This document shows positions 1 through 10,638 of a stretch of 64,000 bases of DNA, one piece after another. Within the stretch, counting starts at the first letter, position 1; each line of letters opens with the position of its first letter. Under the pieces are notes generated by a model. The model saw only the letters and a list, made by a program, of their open reading frames with translations, had not been told where the DNA came from and made no database searches. Origin of the DNA: Candidatus Latescibacterota bacterium (lineage in GTDB: Bacteria > Latescibacterota > UBA2968 > UBA8231); NCBI GenBank assembly GCA_965248265.1, contig CBDFJF010000001.1:1728001-1792000 (forward strand), written 5' to 3'. The position numbers were made by a program, and so were the translations under genes.

Positions 1-713
1 ACGGCGACGCGATCGCAGATGTGGCGGACGACGCTCAGGTCATGGGCGACGAAGATGTAAGTCAAGTTCAACTCGTCCTGCAGGTCTTCGAGCAGGTTTA
101 TGACCTGGGCCTGCACGGACACATCCAGGGCCGACACCGCCTCGTCGGCAACCACCAGGGACGGGTTCATGATCAGGGCACGGGCGATGCCGATGCGCTG
201 GCGCTGTCCGCCCGAAAAGGCGTGCGGGTAGCGGTTCATGTGCTCGCCTCGCAGGCCAACCTTGACCAACATCTGCTCGACCCTATCGCGACGCTCGTCG
301 TCGCTGGCGAGGCCGTGAATGCCCAGCGGCTCCCCGACAATGTCGCCGACTGACATGCGCGGGTTCAGCGACGAGAATGGATCCTGGAAGATCATCTGCA
401 TCTTCGTGCGCAACGGCTTAAGCTCTGCGTCTGACAGCATCGCCAGATCATAACGCTGGCCGTTGGTTCGAAACAGAATCTCTCCCCTGGTAGGTTGCAG
501 CGCCCGTAGGATGGTGCGCGCCGTCGTCGTCTTGCCGCAGCCGCTCTCGCCTACCAGACCTAGCGTTTCGCCCGGCATCAGGTCAAAGCTGATCTGATCC
601 GCAGCCTTGACCGTCCCCACCTGCTTCTTGAAGAACCCCTTGCTCATCACCGGGAAGTACTTGCACAGATCCCTGACCTGCAGCAAAGGCTGTGTGTGTT
701 CTGCGGCTGTCAT
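1..713 (-). CDS. Oligopeptide/dipeptide ABC transporter ATP-binding subunit (OppF/DppF-like), 3' end runs off the window
   Basis: Manual translation from ATG at 713 (TGATG overlap with upstream stop): [22 protein letters not shown]...[13 protein letters not shown] (Walker A); open to window edge. Confidence 0.9.
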   Translation of the reverse strand, partial: MTAAEHTQPLLQVRDLCKYFPVMSKGFFKKQVGTVKAADQISFDLMPGETLGLVGESGCGKTTTARTILRALQPTRGEILFRTNGQRYDLAMLSDAELKPLRTKMQMIFQDPFSSLNPRMSVGDIVGEPLGIHGLASDDERRDRVEQMLVKVGLRGEHMNRYPHAFSGGQRQRIGIARALIMNPSLVVADEAVSALDVSVQAQVINLLEDLQDELNLTYIFVAHDLSVVRHICDRVA

Positions 714-1804
714 CAAGCCATAGCTCCTGCCACGGTCTCGAGGGGTATCTCGTCAACTCGAAAACAGGCGACGATGTGACCGGACCCCACGCTCTCCAGC
801 ACGGGCGGAGCTCCCTGGTCGCATACCCCGGGCTTGGCGTGCGGACAGCGGGGATGGAAGGCGCAACCGGCGGGAATGCGGGTCACCGAGGGCACGCTGC
901 CCTCGATCGAAGCCAATCTCTGCTCTCGACCCGTTTTGGTGGCAGGTAGTGATTGTAGTAGCGCGGCCGTGTACGGATGCCGGGGCGACTTCATCACCGT
1001 GCGCACGTCGGCCTGCTCGACGACCCTGCCCAGGTACATGACGGCGACTTCCTCGGCGGTCTGAGCGACCACGCCCAGATCATGCGTGATCAACAGAACC
1101 GAGGTCTGCAGGTCTCGCTGCAGGGTCTTCAACAGCTGTAGAATCTGCGCTTGGATGGTCACGTCGAGGGCCGTCGTCGGCTCGTCGGCAATTAGCAATT
1201 CGGGATTGCAGGCCAGCGCCATGGCGATGACGGCGCGTTGACGCATGCCCCCGCTGAGCTGATGGGGGTAGAAGTCTATGCGTGCTTTTGGGCCGGGAAT
1301 GCCCACCTTCGAAAGCATGTCGATGGCCTGTTTCCTGGCTTCCTCCGGGGTGACTTCTCGATGAAGCAGGATGGCCTCGCAGATCTGGTCGCCGATCGTG
1401 TGCACGGGGCTCAGGGCCGTCATCGGCTCCTGGAAGACCATGCTCGCCGTACCGCCCCGGATCTTGTAAAGCTCCTCCGAATCCTCGTCGAGTTCGGTCA
1501 CGTCAATCTTGCGGCCATCCTTTGGCCGTAACTCGATGCGTCCGCCGACGATTCGGCCCGGTTCCTGAACCAGACGCAGAATCGAGTAGGCCGTCACGGT
1601 CTTGCCGCATCCGCTTTCTCCCACGATGGCGAGAAAACTGCCACGGCGAACCGAAAGGGTGACGCCATCGACGGCGCGAGCCACGCCCTCATCCGTGAAG
1701 AAGTAGACCTGCAGGTTCTCGATCAACAGCAACAGATCGTCAGCGTCAAACGGCGTTTTCCCTGACATTGCGTTTCCGTCTTCGACTGACAATTGCGCGC
1801 TCAT
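713..1804 (-). CDS. Oligopeptide/dipeptide ABC transporter ATP-binding subunit (OppD/DppD-like)
   Basis: [26 protein letters not shown]-terminal HPYT and CAFHPRC motifs. Confidence 0.93.
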   Translation of the reverse strand: MSAQLSVEDGNAMSGKTPFDADDLLLLIENLQVYFFTDEGVARAVDGVTLSVRRGSFLAIVGESGCGKTVTAYSILRLVQEPGRIVGGRIELRPKDGRKIDVTELDEDSEELYKIRGGTASMVFQEPMTALSPVHTIGDQICEAILLHREVTPEEARKQAIDMLSKVGIPGPKARIDFYPHQLSGGMRQRAVIAMALACNPELLIADEPTTALDVTIQAQILQLLKTLQRDLQTSVLLITHDLGVVAQTAEEVAVMYLGRVVEQADVRTVMKSPRHPYTAALLQSLPATKTGREQRLASIEGSVPSVTRIPAGCAFHPRCPHAKPGVCDQGAPPVLESVGSGHIVACFRVDEIPLETVAGAMA

Positions 1805-1811
1805 GCGGGGC

Positions 1812-2789
1812 CTATTTGGACGAGTAAGGGTCTGCGGCGGCGAGAAAGCCCTCGACCTGCTTTCTCGTGGGAAGTGCCGCCATCGCCCCGGTCGCCGTTG
1901 CCGCGAGGGCCCCTACCGCGTTGGCGAAGCGGAAGATCTCATGCAGTCTCTCGGCGCTGCAAACCGCCGGCGTCTGTCCGTCGCTGAGGGCATCGCAGAC
2001 GCCGGCAGACAATCCCGCCACGAAGGCATCGCCGCACCCGGTGGTGTCGACCTCATCGACTTCAAACGCAGGCACGTGCCCGCGAGCCTGAGCGTTGCCG
2101 AAGTAGACCCCATCGCCGCCCAGCGTTATCGCACTGAGGGCCGGCCCCTGTTCGAGGATCCATCCAGCACCTTCCTCCGGATCCTTTATCCCGGAGAGAA
2201 ACTCCAGCTCCACTTCATTCAGCTTGCAGATGTCGCAGGTGCGCACCCCCTCCATGATACCGGCTCGAGCCACCTCCGTGCTCGGCCACAGCCGCGGTCG
2301 CAGATTCGCGTCGAAACTTACCAGGGTACTCGTACGCCTGGCCATCGATACCACATCAAGTCCAGCCTGATGCGAATTTCCCGTGAAGATTGGGGACCCG
2401 TAGCAAAGCACAGAGGCGGTGGCGATGTACGACTCGTCGAGGTGCTCGCTCAACAGCTCGGCGTCGGCTCCACGGTAGATGGTGAAATCCTGCTGTTCCG
2501 GAGTCGGACTAGCCACAAGAGCCGTCGTCGTGAAGTGCCCCTCCAGACTACAGAAATGGGTCGTATCCACACCCTCGGAGGTGATCAGCTCGATCAGATA
2601 GTCTCCGAACGAGTCTGCCCCAACTCGACCGATCAAACCAACCTCCCTGCCGAGTCTGGCGAGACAGACGCTGGTATTCGCCGGCCCGCCTCCTGCCGCA
2701 CGGGAAAACCGATCGGCGTCCTTGAGGGAAACTCCCGTGGGAGCGAACAGGTCGATGACGGCTTCGCCAACGCAGACGATTTCAGGCAT
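1812..2789 (-). CDS. PfkB-family carbohydrate kinase (fructokinase-like)
   Basis: GGGPAN, FDANLRPRLW, DTTGCGDAF. Confidence 0.9.
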   Translation of the reverse strand: MPEIVCVGEAVIDLFAPTGVSLKDADRFSRAAGGGPANTSVCLARLGREVGLIGRVGADSFGDYLIELITSEGVDTTHFCSLEGHFTTTALVASPTPEQQDFTIYRGADAELLSEHLDESYIATASVLCYGSPIFTGNSHQAGLDVVSMARRTSTLVSFDANLRPRLWPSTEVARAGIMEGVRTCDICKLNEVELEFLSGIKDPEEGAGWILEQGPALSAITLGGDGVYFGNAQARGHVPAFEVDEVDTTGCGDAFVAGLSAGVCDALSDGQTPAVCSAERLHEIFRFANAVGALAATATGAMAALPTRKQVEGFLAAADPYSSK

Positions 2790-2894
2790 GATGTCTCACA
2801 AGGGTCTGGGAGTTTCGGTATGGACGCTTGTTCCCGGACCAGTATGGAATAGATTTGGCACGCTTGCCACCAGCCTTCCAACCGTGAGTTTACT

Positions 2895-4058
2895 ATGTCC
2901 CTTAAATGCAACTCCACCACTTTTCGCGACCGCAAGGCGATCTGCCTTGAAAGCGATACCCTGCAGGTGATCACCCTTACCGGCTGCGGTCACCTGGCCA
3001 GCCTGCGTATTCCCGATGTCGATGTGAATCCGATGTGGGAGCCGCCGTGGGCCGGAATCGAGCCGGAGGACTGGGATCACGATCAGCATGTGCCAATCTA
3101 CGGCCCCGGCGAGGGCCGTCTGCTCGCCTCCCTGGCCGGTCACTCGCTGTGCCTGAATCACTTCGGCGACCTTACCGAGACCGAGATCGAGGCCGACGGC
3201 TACTTCCACGGTGAAGCCTCGAATCTTCCATGGACCGTCTTCGACCAGCGTGCGGAAGATGGCGAAGCCCGCCTCGATTACGGCCTGAAACTTCCCGAGG
3301 CTCGCATGCGTTTTCAGCGAACGCTGCGCATCCGCGAAGGTGAGTCGACCCTTTATTTCACGGAAAGCACGACGAATCTGACCCGCATCGATGCGGCTTT
3401 TTGCTGCCAGCAACACGTTACCCTCGGTCCACCATTCGTGGAGAGTAGTGTTTCACGCGTCGACCTACCAGCAAAACGCGGTCAAACAAACCCGGTCGTC
3501 ATCCATGAGACTGATCCGATAAAACCTGATCAGACTTATGACTGGCCCAATGCTCCGCTACAGGCTGGCGGCACCCGTAACCTGCAGCTCTACCCCGAGG
3601 AGCACTGCATGGCTGTGGTCAGTGTGCTGCTGGAACCAGAAGAGGAATTCGCTTACGCAGCCGTGTCGAATCCGAGGCTGGGATTGCTGCTCGTATACGT
3701 CTTCCCGCGTGAGATCTTTCCGTGGACAACCCTGTGGTACGAGCACGAAGCCGCCGAGTTTCTGCCGTACACCAACAGAGCCACGACCTGGGGCGTCGAG
3801 TTCGGTTCCGTGGCGCAGGCCGTCAAATTCATGGAGAATCTGACGGCAGGACCGTTGCTGGGACATCCGCGCTGTGGAATGTTGTCTGCCTTGCACACGG
3901 TCGATATCAACTACCAGGCTCACATGATGAAGATCCCGTCAGACTGGCAAGGGGTCGCACGCATCGAGCACGACAAGGGCGAGGCCTTGCCTGGGAAGTC
4001 GGATCCGACCGCAGTGCGCGAACACCTTCCGATTGGTTGGTGTCAACGCAGACCCTAA
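2895..4058 (+). CDS. Hypothetical protein, probable galactose-mutarotase-like (aldose epimerase/DUF4432-like) fold
   Basis: 387-aa ORF with FHGEA and QHVTLGPPF motifs typical of this fold; family is inference. Confidence 0.55.
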   Translation: MSLKCNSTTFRDRKAICLESDTLQVITLTGCGHLASLRIPDVDVNPMWEPPWAGIEPEDWDHDQHVPIYGPGEGRLLASLAGHSLCLNHFGDLTETEIEADGYFHGEASNLPWTVFDQRAEDGEARLDYGLKLPEARMRFQRTLRIREGESTLYFTESTTNLTRIDAAFCCQQHVTLGPPFVESSVSRVDLPAKRGQTNPVVIHETDPIKPDQTYDWPNAPLQAGGTRNLQLYPEEHCMAVVSVLLEPEEEFAYAAVSNPRLGLLLVYVFPREIFPWTTLWYEHEAAEFLPYTNRATTWGVEFGSVAQAVKFMENLTAGPLLGHPRCGMLSALHTVDINYQAHMMKIPSDWQGVARIEHDKGEALPGKSDPTAVREHLPIGWCQRRP

Positions 4059-4082
4059 CGCCGCGCTCGCCACACTGAATCC

Positions 4083-4475
4083 CTACTTGCGCTCTACGAG
4101 TTCGACTTCGTACCCGTCGGGATCCGTAACGAATGCCATCTTGCGTCCCTCCACGAACTGTTCACGCCAACCGTCAGGCCAGATCTCCAGGCCCTCTTTC
4201 TCTAGACGGTCGCAGTAGGAGATCAGGTCCGGCACACCGATGCAGGTATGGATGAGATCCTCGGGCACTTCCGGTTTGTAGTCGGATTCGCACAACTCGA
4301 GGGCAAAGCTGTTGCCGGGCAGTTCCAAAAAAGCCAGGCGATTGCCGGCTGGAGACGACGTCGAGCCCTTGGGACTGACACTCTTGGCTTCGAAACCAAG
4401 GTGGTTGACGTAGTAATCGACGGAACGGTCGATATCAGCGACTCGAAAGCGGACATGCAGGAATTGGTCGGCCAC
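4083..4475 (-). CDS. VOC/glyoxalase family protein (lactoylglutathione lyase-like)
   Basis: HVRFRVADIDRSVDYY...AFVTDPDGYEVELVE; GTG start with AGGAG RBS. Confidence 0.85.
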   Translation of the reverse strand: MADQFLHVRFRVADIDRSVDYYVNHLGFEAKSVSPKGSTSSPAGNRLAFLELPGNSFALELCESDYKPEVPEDLIHTCIGVPDLISYCDRLEKEGLEIWPDGWREQFVEGRKMAFVTDPDGYEVELVERK

Positions 4476-4646
4476 GATACTCTCCTGGTTTGTGATGTCG
4501 GAGTGATGACGGATATTTTGGATATCATAAGAAGGCATGATAGTCGTTGCGGTCAAGCCGGGGCGACTGCCTCTCGCGGAACAGTTTGCTCCCCCGGCAG
4601 TCTCCTCGAGAGAGCAGGATTCCGCCATCTAATCGAGAGAAAGCGG

Positions 4647-5387
4647 ATGAGCCCCTACGATTTTGATGCCAGCGTGAGTCGACGCACCGCCCTCGTGGGA
4701 CTGGGCAAGGCCAGCCTGTTGGGTCTGGCCGGCTTTCCTGCCTGCAGCTCAGACCCTGAACCGTCGGGTACACTGATCTCTCCCGCAGGCGCCGATGACA
4801 CCTCCTCCGCAGTCGATTGCGTGCTCACACCACACCAGGCCGAGGGGCCTTTCTATCTGCAGTCCAACATGGATCGGCGCGACATCACAGAGGGCAAGGA
4901 AGGAATCGCTCTCGGCATAAACCTCACCATCGTCGATGCAACCGAATGTGCTCCCCTGGCAGGCGCCGCCGTGCACATCTGGCACACGGACGCCAGTGGC
5001 GTTTACTCCGGCTACGCCTCTGTGGGCGACTTCGATGATGATGCTCGCGGCGAGACCTTCATGCGCGGTATGCAGGTAAGTGATGAACGCGGCCAGGTAC
5101 ACTTTGAGTCGGTATATCCGGGCTGGTATCCGGGTAGAGTGCCTCATATTCACATCAAGGTCTTCTTCGAAAATCAGACCTCCATTACCTCACAGCTGTA
5201 TTTCCCCGATGACGTCAGCAGAGCTGTGTTCGTGCTGGCGCCCTACGATTTGAGAGCCGGTGTGTTCGATCTTTCAGAGTCCTCCGATCCGGTGCTGCGC
5301 GGAGACAGCCCCGATTCGCTGCGTATGACATTGACCGGCGACCAGGCTGGCTACACGGCTTCGCACACCATCGGAATCGCTAGCTGA
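4647..5387 (+). CDS. Intradiol ring-cleavage dioxygenase family protein, Tat-exported probable lipoprotein
   Basis: SRRTAL twin-arginine signal, FPAC lipobox-like site, EGPFY, YPGWYPGRVPHIH. Confidence 0.85.
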   Translation: MSPYDFDASVSRRTALVGLGKASLLGLAGFPACSSDPEPSGTLISPAGADDTSSAVDCVLTPHQAEGPFYLQSNMDRRDITEGKEGIALGINLTIVDATECAPLAGAAVHIWHTDASGVYSGYASVGDFDDDARGETFMRGMQVSDERGQVHFESVYPGWYPGRVPHIHIKVFFENQTSITSQLYFPDDVSRAVFVLAPYDLRAGVFDLSESSDPVLRGDSPDSLRMTLTGDQAGYTASHTIGIAS

Positions 5388-5392
5388 CCATT

Positions 5393-6148
5393 ATGGACCA
5401 AGTAGGCCCAGCATTGCCGACATCACGTATGCCCAACTCACGGTGGAGTACCTGGCGATGGGCGGCGCTCACGTCCGTGGCTTTGTACGCGGGTTCTGCG
5501 GACCTGTTGCATGCCAGTGATTCCCCCACCACCGCGGGCAACCTGATGCTGACAGGCAGCACGAGCGGTTACTATAATGGTGGAGAGTGGCCGGAGCTGA
5601 CGCGCACGGTGTTGTCGGTCCTGTACCTGGCTATCATCGCCAACGACGACGAGGAAAACTACCACAGTCACAACAGGCACAACCATCACGGACACTGTTA
5701 CGACCACGACTGCTATTGCGACGAGGAGCTCGGAATTTCATTCCCGAAGGCGCAACTCGGTTTTGGTCTGAGCTATTTCGTTTCACCAGACCTGGCCGTG
5801 GGCGGCCGCTACATCTACCGGCATGATTTCAAAGACAACGCGCTGGAGACGTTGTGGGGCGGCGGACCGGAACTGACCTACTATTTCGGCCGGCCCCACC
5901 ATTCAGTCAGGCCGTTCGTCGGCGGCAGCCTGCTCTTCACCCGCGCCGTCGACCGCTACAGCCGGGAGCAACTCGAGCAGGGCACCTCGGTCAATGTTAG
6001 AGGCGGTTTCAACGTGGCCCTGTCACCATCCTGGGGACTCATCCTGCAAAGCGGCTACCAGAATGACCAGTTGCCCGGGGGAGACGGCGATCCGCGCATC
6101 AGCAAAACCCTCGGCTTCGGATTCGGATTGATGGCTTCGATAAACTGA
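5393..6148 (+). CDS. Outer-membrane beta-barrel protein with His/Cys-rich insert
   Basis: Signal peptide, amphipathic strands (GPELTYYF, RPFVGG, GFGFGL); start may be 5429. Confidence 0.6.
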   Translation: MDQVGPALPTSRMPNSRWSTWRWAALTSVALYAGSADLLHASDSPTTAGNLMLTGSTSGYYNGGEWPELTRTVLSVLYLAIIANDDEENYHSHNRHNHHGHCYDHDCYCDEELGISFPKAQLGFGLSYFVSPDLAVGGRYIYRHDFKDNALETLWGGGPELTYYFGRPHHSVRPFVGGSLLFTRAVDRYSREQLEQGTSVNVRGGFNVALSPSWGLILQSGYQNDQLPGGDGDPRISKTLGFGFGLMASIN

Positions 6149-6210
6149 CAATGAGATAAACTGACCACCACACCCTGCCGCAACTCATCCAGATTTATCA
6201 GCTCGGGAGA

Positions 6211-8082
6211 TCAGGCATCGGCCGCGGACGTGCGCCGCTCCTCTCCTCCCGTGTCCCAATCCAGCTCCGGGCGCACGTCAACGACGGCTTCGGCCAATTG
6301 ACCGCGGTGAACTCCGTCGATGGTTACATCCAGCGCAATGGTCTGGCGGCGGTAGGTCGTGGCTTGATCGGACGGAATCCGCAGGATAAAATCGACAATC
6401 TCCTTCTTCCCCGGTCCTGCTGTGACACTACCCTTGCCGGGCTGTGCCTCCCATCCATCCGGCAACACCAGCTCGTACTCCAGCGTCGATGGCTCCGGGC
6501 GAATGCACTCGAACCACACCTGCATCCGCACCTGCTCGCCTGGAGCTGCCGGCGGTTGGTACGGATAGAGGAACACATGATCCGGGTATAGGGCTTCTTC
6601 CAGATTGTCCGGGGCCGCCAGTGCTCGCCAGTGCTTCTGCTCAGTCATGCACCAGGTATGAAAACCCTTCCAATCGTCAGGACCCGTCTCGAACGGCCCG
6701 TTGTGGCCGGGGCAGGTCAGTTCCGGTTGATGCTCCAGGTAGAGCTTGCCGGTGATCTCGTGCGAGTTGGCGTGCACGTGATTGCGCCAGATGTTGTTGG
6801 AGGCGTAGCCATCGTTTCTGAACCCGACTTCATCTCCTGAGAACGCCACCCGCTTGCCGTCGATCTCCCCGAACATGGCCATGTGGTAGTCAGCGTGTCC
6901 GGGCGTGTGGAAGACCTGGAACTCGAACTCCTCCCACTGGAAGGTCTCCGCTTGCCCCAGGCTGCGCTCGACGTCCAGCGGCGCGGGAAAAGTGCAGCCG
7001 AGTTTGTAGGCGTGGGGATGTCTGAGGATGTCGGTCATGTTTTCGTAGCACCAGACCTTGGCGCCGTGATGCTGCTGCAGGTAGGGCAACCCATTGACGT
7101 GGTCGTCGTGGTAGTGGCTGGGCATGGCCAGATCGATCTGCTTCATGCCGAAGCTGTCGCGCAATATCTCCAGATTGTGCTCCAGTGGCCGCAGGCGGTT
7201 GCCCGCTTCAAACATGATGTCGAAGGAGTACATGAAGGTCCGGCTGGGAGAACCGTAGTCGACGAACAGGGCCTTGCCGCTGTCACTGATGACGATCCAG
7301 GTGTTCGAGCAACCGGGAATGTGAACCAGGTGCGGCAGCACCGAGTACGGCCTCACATCCACCGTTGGCGTCTCGAGCCCCCAGCGGTGCACCATGTACT
7401 CGCGGAATTTGGTCTCCAGTGCCAGAAGCCCCTCAGCAGTATCACCGAAGGGCCGGCCGTGTGAGGGGCACAGCATGTCGGTGCCTCGATCCCGCATCTT
7501 GCTCAGGGAGTAGATCATGTAGTCGGTGCCATCTCCCTGTCCATAGTTGTACTGCAAATCGAACAGGGTCTGCACTTTGCCGGGCGCGCTGATCAGGTCG
7601 CCGCTGAAGCCGACCTTCTTGCCGTCGATCTGGGCGATCAGGGCGATGTGTCCGAGCGAATGACCGGGCGTGGGTTGCACTAAGAAACTGTAGGGCCCCC
7701 ATTCAAAGGTCTCGTAGTCAACCAGTACCTGCGACGTGCGCACACTCTGAGCAAGGGTGAAAAAGGTCTGCCGGACGTCGTAGATGTCGTAGATCTGGCG
7801 CGAGCCCCAGAACACCTCGACCTCGTCGAAGTAGGAGCGCTCCTGGGCCGGCACGGCTATGGGAATGCCGCGCTCATTAGCCAGGTGATCACCCTGGCAC
7901 TGATCGCGATGGTGGTGGGTGTGCAGAATCCAGTCGACCTGGGTAACGCCGATGTCGCTGAGGTGATCGAGGACCTTGCCGCTGCCGAAATCAACCAGCA
8001 GGGCTCGGGTCCCATCCTTTACCACGTACACATTGCACGTATCCTCGTACCGGTAGAGGTTTTCCGTCATCTTCTCCAACAT
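6211..8082 (-). CDS. Tandem metallo-beta-lactamase-fold hydrolase
   Basis: Two MBL motif sets (THHHRDQ..PGH; SHYHDDH..PGH); ATG 8082 with GGAG RBS. Confidence 0.85.
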   Translation of the reverse strand: MLEKMTENLYRYEDTCNVYVVKDGTRALLVDFGSGKVLDHLSDIGVTQVDWILHTHHHRDQCQGDHLANERGIPIAVPAQERSYFDEVEVFWGSRQIYDIYDVRQTFFTLAQSVRTSQVLVDYETFEWGPYSFLVQPTPGHSLGHIALIAQIDGKKVGFSGDLISAPGKVQTLFDLQYNYGQGDGTDYMIYSLSKMRDRGTDMLCPSHGRPFGDTAEGLLALETKFREYMVHRWGLETPTVDVRPYSVLPHLVHIPGCSNTWIVISDSGKALFVDYGSPSRTFMYSFDIMFEAGNRLRPLEHNLEILRDSFGMKQIDLAMPSHYHDDHVNGLPYLQQHHGAKVWCYENMTDILRHPHAYKLGCTFPAPLDVERSLGQAETFQWEEFEFQVFHTPGHADYHMAMFGEIDGKRVAFSGDEVGFRNDGYASNNIWRNHVHANSHEITGKLYLEHQPELTCPGHNGPFETGPDDWKGFHTWCMTEQKHWRALAAPDNLEEALYPDHVFLYPYQPPAAPGEQVRMQVWFECIRPEPSTLEYELVLPDGWEAQPGKGSVTAGPGKKEIVDFILRIPSDQATTYRRQTIALDVTIDGVHRGQLAEAVVDVRPELDWDTGGEERRTSAADA

Positions 8083-8133
8083 GGTATTCACTCCTTCATC
8101 TTTCTCGATTGTTTCATCCAAAGACCGGACCTA

Positions 8134-9285
8134 ATGTCATACCCAATCGAGTTGACTTCCATAGAGTTCGTGCGAATACCGGCGACCGTGCGCACGACCT
8201 GGGTCATGGCACAGCTGCGGGAGGCCTCCGGTGAGCACACCTGGGTTGAGGTCGTCGGTAACATCAAACAGGAGTCAATCGAGACGTGCACCGAATTGGC
8301 GGCAGCCGTGGTCGCACTTGCCGGGCGTCCGATCGACGACGAGGCGGCCGTGGCTTCCATGCTCGACCTCACCGACACTGACCTGGGCGGCGACTTCATC
8401 CGTGCCACAGCGGTGAGCTGTCTGCGCTCGGCGGTGTCTCAACTGCAGGCAGTGCAGGCCGGCCAGACCTTGACTGAAGCCCTCGGCGGCGTAACGCAGG
8501 ACAGCGTTCAGCTGTACGGCAACATCAACCGCTCGTTACTGAACGAGCGCTCACCGGCTGCCCATGCCGCGGCTGCCACCATGGCCGTGGAACGCTGGGG
8601 CTTCGAGATCGTCAAGTGTGCTCCCTTCGATGAGGTTCATGCGAAACCAGATGACCGGACAACGGACATCCTGGATTCGGCCGCACCCGGTATCGCGCGG
8701 ATTGCGGCAGTATGTGAGGCCGTCGGTGGCGACGTTCGAGTTCTCGTCGACTGCCACAGCCGCTTCGATGAGCCCAGCGCGCTCGAGATCGGCGAAAGCC
8801 TGGCCGAGCTGGGTGTGGGCTGGTTCGAAGAGCCGGTCGACCCAACCCAGACGGAAACCCTTGCTCGCATCGCCACCTCCACCCGCCTGCCGATGGCCGG
8901 CGGCGAAGGCCTGTATGGGAAGGATAGCTTTGAGCACCTATTGTGTACTGGTGCAGTGGAAACCATCATGCCGGATATCAAACACTGTGGTGGCGTTGCT
9001 GAGGCCGTCCGCGCTGGTCGTACCGTGGCCAAAGCCGGCGGCACAACCTCCCTACACAGCCCCTCGGGCCCACTGTCGCTGTTGGCGAGCGCCCATGCCA
9101 CGGCAGCCGTAGATGGCGCGTTGGCGCTCGAACACGCCGTGGATGAGGTCGAATGGCGTGCGGAGGTTCTCGCTCCCACCGAACAGATCCGACAAGGCCG
9201 ATTGTGGATCCCACCGGGACCTGGCCTCGGTGCCACGCTCGACGAGGATACGATCCAGCGTCGTGGCCGTCGATGGAACCCGTGA
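8134..9285 (+). CDS. Mandelate racemase/muconate lactonizing enolase family protein
   Basis: KCAPFD, VDCH, WFEEP, AGGE, MPDIKHCGG, PGLG. Confidence 0.88.
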   Translation: MSYPIELTSIEFVRIPATVRTTWVMAQLREASGEHTWVEVVGNIKQESIETCTELAAAVVALAGRPIDDEAAVASMLDLTDTDLGGDFIRATAVSCLRSAVSQLQAVQAGQTLTEALGGVTQDSVQLYGNINRSLLNERSPAAHAAAATMAVERWGFEIVKCAPFDEVHAKPDDRTTDILDSAAPGIARIAAVCEAVGGDVRVLVDCHSRFDEPSALEIGESLAELGVGWFEEPVDPTQTETLARIATSTRLPMAGGEGLYGKDSFEHLLCTGAVETIMPDIKHCGGVAEAVRAGRTVAKAGGTTSLHSPSGPLSLLASAHATAAVDGALALEHAVDEVEWRAEVLAPTEQIRQGRLWIPPGPGLGATLDEDTIQRRGRRWNP

Positions 9286-9405
9286 CGCAGTCCGAGTGCA
9301 GAGTGGACCCTCATTGACCGGGTGCGGCAAAGCCGGCTTCTTGTCTATTAGTACCTTACTTACAGGTAACGGCACTTTAGCGAGCGATGTTGTGAGCAAG
9401 ACCTC

Positions 9406-10638
9406 ATGAAAATCACCGACGTAAAAACTTGGGTCGTCGCCAATCCGCCACCGCATTTTGGTGGCGCTTATTTCGTTTTCCTTAGGCTGACTACCGACAA
9501 CGACATCCACGGCTACGGCGAGGTCTACGGCGTTCCATTTCACCCGAGCAAGGTGACGCAGTTGATCGAAGATGTCGCCGAACGCCACGTCATCGGCTGT
9601 GAGCCGTTTCAGATCGAACACATGTGGCGGATCATATACAGCAGCGGTTTCGCTCAGCATCCAGATCTGTCAACGTGCGGCGTGTTGAGCGGTCTCGAGA
9701 TGGCTTGTTGGGACATCATCGGCAAGGCGCTGGGGCAGCCGATCTACAACCTGCTGGGCGGCCGGGTGCACGAGCGGGTGCGATCCTACACTTACCTGTA
9801 TCCTTCAAGCAACGAGCTGGCGGAGCAGGCCGAGAAGAAGGAAATCACACCCATGGACAGCGCCACCGGCGTCTTCGGAGATGCCGAGATCGGTCCGCGC
9901 CGGGCGCTCGAGTACGTCGAACAGGGATTCACCGGCATCAAGTTCGATCCCGTGATGCCGATGTCCTCCTTTGACCCGCGCCAACTCTCCATGGAGGCCC
10001 TCGACAACGCCGAAACCGTGACCGCCAATATTCGCGAGGCCGTCGGCAACCGCTGCGACCTGCTGATCGGCACCCACGGCCAGATGACAACCTCTAGCGC
10101 CATCCGCCTGGCCAAGAGATTGGAACGCTTCGACCCGTTGTGGTTGGAGGAACCCGTCCCACCGGAAAACCGAGACGAAATGGCACGCGTGGCGCGCTCG
10201 ACCAGCATACCCATTGCTTCCGGCGAACGCCTGGCCACCAAGTACGAGTTTGCCGAGCTGTTGGGTAAGCAAGCGGCCGCCATCATCCAGCCAGCGCTAG
10301 GCCGGGTCGGCGGCATCCTGGAAGCCAAGAAGATCGCCGGCATGGCCGAAGCCCATTACGCCGAGATCGCACCCCATCTCTACTGCGGACCGATCGAAGC
10401 GGCCGCCAACATTCAGATCGCCACCTGCAGCCCGAACTTCCTGATTCAGGAAAGCATCGAGACCTTCGGCGGTTTCCATGCCGAGATCGTCAAAGAGCCG
10501 ATTCGCTGGGAGGATGGTTACATCATTCCTCCGACGGCGCCGGGACTGGGCATCGAACTGGATGAAAAAGTGGCAGAGAACAATCCTTACACTGGCAATA
10601 CCGTTTTTCTCGATATTGTAGAAAGGCCGGTCTATTGA
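9406..10638 (+). CDS. Mandelate racemase/muconate lactonizing enolase family protein
   Basis: KFDP, GTHGQ, WLEEP, ASGER, APH, PTAPGLGIE. Confidence 0.92.
   Translation: MKITDVKTWVVANPPPHFGGAYFVFLRLTTDNDIHGYGEVYGVPFHPSKVTQLIEDVAERHVIGCEPFQIEHMWRIIYSSGFAQHPDLSTCGVLSGLEMACWDIIGKALGQPIYNLLGGRVHERVRSYTYLYPSSNELAEQAEKKEITPMDSATGVFGDAEIGPRRALEYVEQGFTGIKFDPVMPMSSFDPRQLSMEALDNAETVTANIREAVGNRCDLLIGTHGQMTTSSAIRLAKRLERFDPLWLEEPVPPENRDEMARVARSTSIPIASGERLATKYEFAELLGKQAAAIIQPALGRVGGILEAKKIAGMAEAHYAEIAPHLYCGPIEAAANIQIATCSPNFLIQESIETFGGFHAEIVKEPIRWEDGYIIPPTAPGLGIELDEKVAENNPYTGNTVFLDIVERPVY

Noticed and set aside
6139-6165. Direct repeat GATAAACTGAC x2 at a gene end
   Set aside because: Only 11 bp with 5 bp between the copies and no associated element; probably a small local duplication.
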